Shown here one piece after another: positions 55,794 to 62,221 of a stretch of DNA of 64,000 nucleotides. How positions within the stretch are numbered: the stretch's first letter is position 1; every line of letters starts with the position of its first letter. The stretch comes from Eubacteriales bacterium (GTDB taxonomy: Bacteria; Bacillota; Clostridia; Oscillospirales; CAG-272), in contig JAZORZ010000001.1 in NCBI GenBank assembly GCA_045656885.1, positions 12,366 to 76,365 of the forward strand, in the 5' to 3' direction. The notes beneath the pieces were generated by a model. That model had not been told where the DNA came from, did not search any database, and was given only the letters and a program-made list of their open reading frames with translations. Position numbers and translations under genes: made by a program.

Positions 55794-55876
55794 GTAGGGG
55801 ACGGCGCCTTCGACGTCCCAAAAGATAAATGATTACAGTAAGCAAAGAGTGGGCTGTCGAGGGCGCCAGCCCCTAC
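55794..55876. repeat. Family-B palindromic repeat, inverted pair
   Basis: The left arm is gtaggggacggcgccttcgacgtccc. The reverse complement of the right arm is gtaggggctggcgccctcgacagccc. The arms can pair with each other or fold locally. Confidence 0.8.
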
Positions 55877-55880
55877 CGAT

Positions 55881-56765
55881 TCAGTTGTCCTTTTGCTTCA
55901 GATTTTCAACAATTTTCTCCGCTTCAATGCAAATCTGTGCCGCCTCATCAGCCGAGCAAGTTTTGAGAAGCTTCTTTTTGGGCAATCCCCAAATGTCAAA
56001 GAGAGAAGGACCGAACCACTCGTTTTGCTTCGCATCCTGCACCATCGCCGCAAGAATGGAAAGAGACGCGCGACGCGGAGACATAAAAATCACCTTCATC
56101 GGGTGCTTGATGATGGCATAAATCAACTTGGGGTAGTGCGCGGTGATGTTTGTCAGGGTAATACCCGGGTGCGCCACGGTAATCGTGTTGCCGTCCTTGT
56201 CAAGACCGAACAGCGAGAACATCAAAAAGCGTTTTGCATTGCCGTAAACCTTTGAGGACTGCTTGCGCGTTAAGAACTCAACATCGTCAAGATCAATGTG
56301 CGAATAGTTGTGCGCAATGCTGCCAACCGCTACAATGCGACCGCCGCGCTCGCGCATGACGGGCAGAAGCGTGCGTGCCATGTAGTAGGGAGCTACAAAA
56401 TTGATTTGAAAAACGTTGTCTTGTCCTGTGTCACAAGTATAGCGCGGAATGTGATATGCCCCCGCATTGAAGATCAAATAATCGGGAGGAGATGCAAGCA
56501 ATTCTTCGGTAACAGAACGAACCGTATTAAAATCCGAAAGGTCAAGGCGCAAGTGTCGCGCATCGAGAGTGGGGAACTCTACCTTGAGCTTTTCAATCCA
56601 AGCGTTTGAGCGTTCACTGTTGCGGTCAAGGAGCAACAAATTCGCTCCCAGGGCGGCAAGGTGACGGCAAAGTTCTTGTCCGATTCCACCCGTTGCACCG
56701 CTGATGGCAACGGTTTTACCGTTCATTTTTGGCATGTTTTTCTTTATCCAAGTGTCGGTTCTCAT
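55881..56765 (-). CDS. Short-chain dehydrogenase/reductase (SDR) family oxidoreductase
   Basis: GKTVAISGATGGIGQEL (TGxxxGxG), NAG, YGNAK (YxxxK). Confidence 0.8.
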   Translation of the reverse strand: MRTDTWIKKNMPKMNGKTVAISGATGGIGQELCRHLAALGANLLLLDRNSERSNAWIEKLKVEFPTLDARHLRLDLSDFNTVRSVTEELLASPPDYLIFNAGAYHIPRYTCDTGQDNVFQINFVAPYYMARTLLPVMRERGGRIVAVGSIAHNYSHIDLDDVEFLTRKQSSKVYGNAKRFLMFSLFGLDKDGNTITVAHPGITLTNITAHYPKLIYAIIKHPMKVIFMSPRRASLSILAAMVQDAKQNEWFGPSLFDIWGLPKKKLLKTCSADEAAQICIEAEKIVENLKQKDN

Positions 56766-56857
56766 AGCGTTCTCCTTGGTTTTTTCTTCATTATATCATA
56801 TTTTAAGCATAACTGCAACAAAAACGAAAAAAAGACGAAAAAATTTTCAAAAAAGTG

Positions 56858-56886
56858 TTGACAAAAGGAAACTCTTATGGTATACT
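56858..56886 (+). promoter_or_regulatory. Sigma-A promoter for ylxM-ffh-rpsP-KH
   Basis: TTGACA, 17 nt spacer, TATACT, with TGg extended -10. Preceded by phased A-tracts (56820-56854). Confidence 0.65.
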
Positions 56887-56929
56887 ATGTAAAGCAATTT
56901 GCTTTACACCCATTTGGAGGTGAAAACAG

Positions 56930-57265
56930 ATGTTTGAAAAAAACCTTGAAATCGGTTATTTGCTCGATTTTTACGGCGACGTGCTCTCGGAGCGGAAAAG
57001 AACGGTGCTGGACTACTATTACAACGATGATCTTTCCTTGGCAGAAATTGCAGAGGAGATCGGCATTTCCAGACAAGGTGTTCGCGAGCTGATCAAAAAG
57101 GCGGGCGAGGAGCTTATGTTCTATGAGGAAAAGCTGGGGCTTGCCAAGCGTTTTCAAACCTTGGAGGAGCAAACCGAACAGCTGATTTCTTTAATGGAGC
57201 AAGAGGGCATTGCGGGCGAGGTTCGCAAGTCCGCTCAAAAGCTTTTGGAAACCGTTGGAGGGTAA
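56930..57265 (+). CDS. ylxM: YlxM/p13-like putative DNA-binding protein
   Basis: LLDFYGDVLSERKRTVLDYYYNDDLSLAEIAEEIGISRQGVRELIKKA. Located immediately upstream of ffh. Confidence 0.85.
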   Translation: MFEKNLEIGYLLDFYGDVLSERKRTVLDYYYNDDLSLAEIAEEIGISRQGVRELIKKAGEELMFYEEKLGLAKRFQTLEEQTEQLISLMEQEGIAGEVRKSAQKLLETVGG

Positions 57266-57285
57266 TAGACGAAAGGAGTGCGTAA

Positions 57286-58629
57286 ATGTTTGAAAGTTTG
57301 GGCGAAAAGCTAAACAACGCCTTTAAGAAATTTCGCAACAAGGGTAAGCTTACCGAGGCCGACGTTAAGGCGGGCATGCGAGAGATCAAGCTCGCACTGC
57401 TTGAAGCTGACGTTAACTTTAAGGTAGTTCGTGATTTTATTAAAATCGTTTCCGAGCGCGCAGTTGGTTCCGAGGTGCTCGATTCCTTGCTTCCTGCTCA
57501 GCAGGTCGTTAAGATCGTAAACGAGGAGCTCACACGCCTCATGGGCGGCTCCCAAGCCAAGCTCACCATTGCATCCAAGCCCCCCACAGTTATTATGATG
57601 GTCGGCTTGCAGGGTGCAGGTAAAACGACCCATGCAGGCAAGCTTGCGGGAATGTATAAAAAGCAGGGCAAACGTCCGCTTCTGGTTGCAGGTGACGTCT
57701 ACCGTCCCGCAGCAATCAAGCAGCTGCAAGTCGTTGGTGAAAAGCTGGATATTCCCGTGTTCACCATGGGCGACAAGGTCTCTCCCGTAGAGATTGCAAA
57801 GGAATCTATTAAATATGCAAACCAAAAGGGCTATGATATGGTCTTCATCGATACCGCAGGTCGTCTGCAAATCGACGAAGTGCTCATGGATGAGCTCAAA
57901 AATATCAAGGCAGAGGTCAACCCCGATGAAATTCTTTTGACCGTCGACTCTATGATCGGTCAAGAATCGGTTAATGTTGCCGAAACCTTTAATAACCTGC
58001 TCGACATCACGGGCGTTATTCTCACAAAGCTCGATGGCGACACCAGAGGAGGTGCGGCACTTTCTATCCGCTACGTCACGGGCAAGCCCATCAAGTTTGT
58101 GGGTATGGGCGAAAAGCTCGATACCATCGAGCCCTTCCACCCCGACCGTATGGCATCGCGTATTCTCGGTATGGGCGACGTGCTCACCCTCATCGATAAG
58201 GCGCAAGCGGCTTATGACGAAAAGCAGGCGGCGGCGCTGGAGCAAAAGATGCGTCAGCAGACCTTCACCTTGGACGATTACCTTGATCAGCTCGGTCAGC
58301 TCAAAAATATGGGCAATCTCGAGCAGCTGATGGGTATGATGCCCGGTGTAAAGCCCGGTGCGATGAAGGACCTCAAAATTGACGAAAAGGCAATGGCACA
58401 CACCGAGGCGATCATTCACTCGATGACCAAAGCCGAAAGAGAACGCCCCGACATCATCAACGCATCTCGCAAAAAGAGAATTGCGGCGGGCTCGGGCACC
58501 TCGGTTGAGGAGGTCAACAAGCTTCTCAAGCAATTTGAGCAAATGCTCAAAATGATGAAGCAGTTTACCAACATGGGTAAAACCAAGCAAGGTAAGAGAA
58601 TGCTCGGTAGAATGAAGATGCCTTTCTGA
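57286..58629 (+). CDS. ffh: Signal recognition particle protein Ffh
   Basis: GLQGAGKTT, DTAGRL, TKLDGD, and a Met-rich M domain. Confidence 0.95.
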   Translation: MFESLGEKLNNAFKKFRNKGKLTEADVKAGMREIKLALLEADVNFKVVRDFIKIVSERAVGSEVLDSLLPAQQVVKIVNEELTRLMGGSQAKLTIASKPPTVIMMVGLQGAGKTTHAGKLAGMYKKQGKRPLLVAGDVYRPAAIKQLQVVGEKLDIPVFTMGDKVSPVEIAKESIKYANQKGYDMVFIDTAGRLQIDEVLMDELKNIKAEVNPDEILLTVDSMIGQESVNVAETFNNLLDITGVILTKLDGDTRGGAALSIRYVTGKPIKFVGMGEKLDTIEPFHPDRMASRILGMGDVLTLIDKAQAAYDEKQAAALEQKMRQQTFTLDDYLDQLGQLKNMGNLEQLMGMMPGVKPGAMKDLKIDEKAMAHTEAIIHSMTKAERERPDIINASRKKRIAAGSGTSVEEVNKLLKQFEQMLKMMKQFTNMGKTKQGKRMLGRMKMPF

Positions 58630-58701
58630 TTTCACCGTTCATGATAAATCAAGAAAAAACAAAAATAAAAATATTTTTTTAATTTATGGAGGAAACAAAC
58701 C

Positions 58702-58947
58702 ATGGCAGTAAAAATGAGACTGAGAAGAATGGGTATGAAGAAAGCACCCTTCTATCGCGTAATCGTAGCAGACAGCCGTTCTCCCAGAGACGGTCGCTTC
58801 ATCGAGGAGATCGGTTACTACAACCCCCTTACCGAGCCCGCTGAAATCAAGATTGACGCAGAAAAGGCAAAGAAGTGGATCGCTAACGGCGCACAACCCA
58901 CCGAAACTGTTAAGTCCCTTTTGAAGAAGAGTGGCATCGTTGACTGA
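58702..58947 (+). CDS. rpsP: 30S ribosomal protein S16
   Basis: [42 protein letters not shown]. Confidence 0.95.
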   Translation: MAVKMRLRRMGMKKAPFYRVIVADSRSPRDGRFIEEIGYYNPLTEPAEIKIDAEKAKKWIANGAQPTETVKSLLKKSGIVD

Positions 58948-58973
58948 GCCGTCCGATAAGGAGACACAGCACT

Positions 58974-59210
58974 ATGATTAACCTTCAAGAAACACTTCTT
59001 AACATTGCCAAAGCAATCGTCGATTCTCCCGATGAGGTTAAGGTGGTACAGGAAGAGGATGAAAAGACCATTACTCTCACCCTCTCCGTAGCTCCCGACG
59101 ATATGGGTATGGTAATCGGCAGACACGGTAAGATTGCAAAAGCAATCCGTTCCGTAATGAAGGCTGCTTCCGTCAATAGCGGCAAAAAAGTAAACGTAGA
59201 CATTCGCTAA
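58974..59210 (+). CDS. khpA: KH-domain RNA-binding protein (YlqC/KhpA-like)
   Basis: 78 aa, with ...DDMGMVIGRHGKIAKAIRSV... (the GxxG KH motif). Conserved position after rpsP. Confidence 0.85.
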   Translation: MINLQETLLNIAKAIVDSPDEVKVVQEEDEKTITLTLSVAPDDMGMVIGRHGKIAKAIRSVMKAASVNSGKKVNVDIR

Positions 59211-59220
59211 AATGTCCACA

Positions 59221-59264
59221 AAAAACGTGAGGAATCCCCACAAAAGGGAAGTCCTCACGTTTTT
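59221..59264 (+). terminator. Terminator after the rpsP-KH operon
   Basis: acgtgagga ... tcctcacgt followed by tttt. Confidence 0.7.
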
Positions 59265-59284
59265 GGTTTTGGGGCGCGTTTTTT

Positions 59285-59338
59285 GGGGGAACTTTTTTCG
59301 CGAAAAAAGTCCCCACAAGCCCCCTCAAAAAAGCACTC
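59285..59338 (+). repeat. Family-C element, copy 1 (palindrome plus conserved tail)
   Basis: gggggaacttttttcgcgaaaaaagtccccacaagccccctcaaaaaagcactc. Confidence 0.7.
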
Positions 59339-59365
59339 ACTAAAAATATTTTAATATGAGGTCTC

Positions 59366-59394
59366 TTTACATTTCCGAAGTTTTATGATATAAT
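59366..59394 (+). promoter_or_regulatory. Sigma-A promoter for the small membrane protein gene
   Basis: TTTACA, 17 nt spacer, TATAAT, with TGa extended -10. Confidence 0.5.
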
Positions 59395-59425
59395 AAAACT
59401 GATAAATATATCAATCGGAGAATTT

Positions 59426-59638
59426 ATGATGAAGAAAATAACAGAAATTCTTTTTGCAATAGGAATGTGTTTGGTGTTGCCTGCAGGAATTTTTGGGGTG
59501 GTCTACGAGTTGTTCATTTGGAACAAATCTATCATTCCAAGTTGGTTGTTCAATACAGTAATGATAGTGGGAACAATAGGGATCTTATGTATTATTCCTT
59601 TTGTAATTTACAACTCTAAACGCAGAGAAATGGATTGA
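59426..59638 (+). CDS. Small hypothetical membrane protein (two TM helices)
   Basis: 70 aa. RBS ggag. AT-rich codon usage relative to neighbours. Has its own promoter and terminator. Confidence 0.5.
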   Translation: MMKKITEILFAIGMCLVLPAGIFGVVYELFIWNKSIIPSWLFNTVMIVGTIGILCIIPFVIYNSKRREMD

Positions 59639-59653
59639 ATGAAAAATTATGAC

Positions 59654-59684
59654 AAAACCACGACTCCAAACGAGCCGTGGTTTT
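59654..59684 (+). terminator. Terminator after the small membrane protein gene
   Basis: aaaaccacg ... cgtggtttt. Confidence 0.5.
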
Positions 59685-59705
59685 CGTATCTTCATATTTG
59701 CATTG

Positions 59706-59731
59706 GTAGGGGATGGCGCCCACGACATCCC
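59706..59731 (+). repeat. Family-B repeat, solo arm
   Basis: gtaggggatggcgcccacgacatccc. Confidence 0.7.
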
Positions 59732-59767
59732 GAAAGCGAACGAATATAAACCAATAAACCCACTGTC

Positions 59768-59997
59768 TGTCATCCTGAGCGTAGTCGAACTTTTACCGAG
59801 TGAAGAACGAGGTAAAAGCGCGAGCCACAAGGCGAAGCGGGATCTCGCTTGAAATCTTGGTGGCTTTTTCACGGGATGTAACATTCACTTTGGCAAGAGA
59901 CAGAAATTCGTTAGGAGATCCCTTCTAAACGCGAAGCGTTTTTCGGTTCTCTCCTCGCTATTCGCTCAGAGAAATTTCGACTTCGCTCAGGATGACA
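59768..59997. repeat. Family-D MITE-like element bounded by a 22-bp inverted repeat
   Basis: The left end is tgtcatcctgagcgtagtcgaa (59768-59789). The reverse complement of the right end (59976-59997) is tgtcatcctgagcgaagtcgaa. The interior is densely hairpinned and has no ORF of its own. Confidence 0.7.
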
Positions 59998-60079
59998 TAC
60001 AGAGGTTTTGTTGGTTAATGTTCGTTTGTTTTTTAGAGGGAAAGTTTCCCCAAAAAAACGAGTTTGTTTTGAATACTGA

Positions 60080-61213
60080 TTATTCCGCAATACTTTTTGC
60101 TTCTTCGAGCAAAGCGAGGTAGCGTTCTTCATTGCGAACCGAATTGAACCATTCCCAGCCGGATGTGGCTTCCATTATTTGAGCAATGGGAGGAGTCGAG
60201 AACGCGATGCCGAGCAGATGAGGCAGTGTTTTTCCATTGGGCAAAGCAATGTGAAATTTGTTTTTTACGGCTTTTGTCTCACCGTAAAAGGTGCTGTTGC
60301 CAAGGTCAATGCTCTGACCGTCGGGAATACTTTGATACTGTTTTGCAAGGCCGATCGCTTTTTCGATATGCTCGTATCCGCGCTCCGTTTCACCCACCGC
60401 AAAAAACGCCGAGGAAAGTCGCATATAGGCAAGCGCATATTCGGGCAGCCACCCATCGGGGATGGTTTGTGTCTCACAAACGTCGGATGCAGTATCCAAA
60501 AAACGTAGATACATCTTGTTCCATTCCAAAGCATGATCGGGAAAACCGCGATAGTTTCGGTTTTCTTGAACGGTGTGCAGCATATGGGCGATGGACAGAA
60601 AGTTATTGGCGTTCTGATACATTACCTGCTGCTTTTTGTCACCCATCAATTTGTATCGCCTTTGATAAACCTCGTATCGTTTCTCGTGCCAAAATGTGGT
60701 ATCCTTGTTGAGCCAAAAATTGATTTCGTCCTCGGGGCAGATCATGCAAACAGATTGAATAGCACTGCGGCGCATAACACTGTCTGTGCATTCCTTCAAA
60801 AGACGCTCACAAAGCTCATAAACCAACGGTTTATAGTTGTCGAGCTTATCGCGGTGATTGGTCACGATTTCGTGCATAAGAGAGTTGGCAATGTGCCAAT
60901 TACGAGGATATTTTTGATTATACTTTAATGCCAACTCCAGAGCCGCATCCTTATCAAGCGTTGGATGAACTCTAAAATAATTCTTTTTAATATCCTCTTT
61001 TGCGCTGATTTCATCATTTCCAATCAGTTCGTCTACCGTAATTTCAAAATAATTCGCAATAGAGGGTAAGAGGGTAATATCTGGGTATCCATCGCCACAC
61101 TCCCATTTTGAAACGGATTGCGGGGAAACACCCAACGCCGAAGCCAAAGCATCTTGCGTCAATTCACGTTCTTTGCGGTATTTTTTAATTTTTTGTGCAA
61201 TCATCAGTTCCAT
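60080..61213 (-). CDS. XRE-family HTH transcriptional regulator with a ~310-aa helical C-terminal domain
   Basis: IAQKIKKYRKERELTQDALASALGVSPQSVSKWECGDGYPDITLLPSIANYFEITVDELIG. Start at MELMIAQ (61213; RBS aaaaggagaaa). Confidence 0.8.
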   Translation of the reverse strand: MELMIAQKIKKYRKERELTQDALASALGVSPQSVSKWECGDGYPDITLLPSIANYFEITVDELIGNDEISAKEDIKKNYFRVHPTLDKDAALELALKYNQKYPRNWHIANSLMHEIVTNHRDKLDNYKPLVYELCERLLKECTDSVMRRSAIQSVCMICPEDEINFWLNKDTTFWHEKRYEVYQRRYKLMGDKKQQVMYQNANNFLSIAHMLHTVQENRNYRGFPDHALEWNKMYLRFLDTASDVCETQTIPDGWLPEYALAYMRLSSAFFAVGETERGYEHIEKAIGLAKQYQSIPDGQSIDLGNSTFYGETKAVKNKFHIALPNGKTLPHLLGIAFSTPPIAQIMEATSGWEWFNSVRNEERYLALLEEAKSIAE

Positions 61214-61252
61214 AAATTTCTCCTTTTTTATAACCTGATTTTGTTTTCTGCA

Positions 61253-61269
61253 ACGATGGGCCCTATCGT
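61253..61269. promoter_or_regulatory. Palindromic candidate operator in the XRE regulator leader
   Basis: acgatgggccctatcgt is a near-perfect palindrome lying 8-24 nt downstream of the -10. Confidence 0.35.
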
Positions 61270-61276
61270 CATTATT

Positions 61277-61305
61277 ATGATAGCACACCCAAAAAGGAAT
61301 GTCAA
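61277..61305 (-). promoter_or_regulatory. Sigma-A promoter for the XRE regulator
   Basis: Minus strand reads TTGACA, 17 nt spacer, TATCAT, with TGc extended -10. Confidence 0.5.
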
Positions 61306-61423
61306 TAACCGCGTTTTTGAGAATTTCACCACAAATAGTGGTTTTTTTCTAAAAAGAGTGGGAAATAAGAAACAAAGGCGGGCGACCAAGGTCGCCCATA
61401 TTTGTTTCTATTCAACTTTCATA

Positions 61424-61515
61424 GCGGATAGGGTTGGTGGTCCCTAGCCGCTCGCGGTAGCCAAAGCGAGGTTTTACCTCGCGTCGACTGTCTGTCCGCA
61501 TACTAACAACCCTAT
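61424..61515. other. Unassigned structured palindromic element
   Basis: gcggata (61424-30) pairs with tgtccgc (61493-99), enclosing ctagccgctcgcggtag and gcgaggttttacctcgc hairpins. An alternative outer pair is atagggttg / caaccctat (61428-36 / 61507-15). Confidence 0.3.
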
Positions 61516-61531
61516 TTTGTGATATTCATGC

Positions 61532-61589
61532 GAGTGCTTTTTGGAAGGGGTGCGGGGGAACGCTTTTTCGCTGAAAAAGGTTCCCCCGC
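61532..61589 (-). repeat. Family-C element, copy 2
   Basis: The minus strand reads gcgggggaacctttttcagcgaaaaagcgttcccccgcaccccttccaaaaagcactc. Its orientation relative to the upstream operon matches copy 1. Confidence 0.7.
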
Positions 61590-61595
61590 AATCTT

Positions 61596-62099
61596 TCAAG
61601 ATCCCTCTGTAATATAAATTCTATTTGAACTGATATGAAAGGTCGCGCTTAACAAGGAGATCAACTCACGCCGAATATGATCATTCGCTCCGCCCGAGCA
61701 AACGATGCCGATGCCGGCGATCTCGGGAGCGGAGCGCGAGAGGTAGATGGGCGAGGCAGAAGAGCCGCTGCCAAGAATGACGTATTCCTCGTTTCCGTCG
61801 GGCCATTCGGTGGCATAGACCGACTCAAAACTGCCCGAAAGGGTAACAACAACGGTCACGTTTTTTACACCGCTGACCGACTCGCAAAGCTTTTTGATGC
61901 GCCTCTCAAGGTAATCCTGATAAATCACCAACTCATCGGTTGAGGTACTGTAAGGGGAGCTTTCGGCAGCTTTTTCGGCTGTTTTTGTACTACTTCCAAA
62001 CAGAATCAACAAAATTCCAAGCACACCGCACCCAAGTAACAGATAAAGCCGCAGCTTACCTTTTTCTGTTTTACTTCCTTTTTTCAAAAAATCGAACAT
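61596..62099 (-). CDS. spoIIIAG: Stage III sporulation protein AG
   Basis: N-terminal TM, then ...VTVVVTLSGSFE...APEIAGIGIVCSGGANDHIRRELISLLSATFHISSNRIYI. Conserved position after AF. Confidence 0.8.
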   Translation of the reverse strand: MFDFLKKGSKTEKGKLRLYLLLGCGVLGILLILFGSSTKTAEKAAESSPYSTSTDELVIYQDYLERRIKKLCESVSGVKNVTVVVTLSGSFESVYATEWPDGNEEYVILGSGSSASPIYLSRSAPEIAGIGIVCSGGANDHIRRELISLLSATFHISSNRIYITEGS

Positions 62100-62134
62100 A
62101 AAAGCTCCTATATTTACATGAATTATGAATTTTC

Positions 62135-62203
62135 GGGAGGAGCAAGCCCCTCCCCTACGGAAAGAACTACAAAGGATGGGGAGGGGAGTGCCTTGGTGCT
62201 CCC
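62135..62203. repeat. Family-B-like inverted pair inside the spoIIIA operon (AF-AG spacer)
   Basis: The minus-strand arm is gtaggggaggggcttgctcctccc. The plus-strand arm is atggggaggggagtgccttggtgctccc followed by attttttt. Confidence 0.6.
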
Positions 62204-62221
62204 ATTTTTTTGTATTAAACT

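Noticed and set aside
59585-60132. Short ORFs within repeat DNA (59585-59884 minus, 59649-59852 plus, 59911-60132 minus; also 49245-49481 minus and 55849-56121 plus).
   Set aside because: They are read straight through palindromic repeat units (for example VGDGAHDIP and HPERSRN from the family B and D repeats). They lack an RBS, and their sequence is dictated by the hairpins. They are typical spurious ORF calls.
61424-61500. Possible tRNA gene (7-bp acceptor-like stem closing 76 nt).
   Set aside because: No D-arm or T-arm sits at the required positions. There is no GTTCRA-type T-loop. The 17 nt preceding the 3' strand do not form a hairpin. The central hairpin has a bulge and a tetraloop where a 7-nt anticodon loop should be. 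It is kept only as an unassigned structured element.
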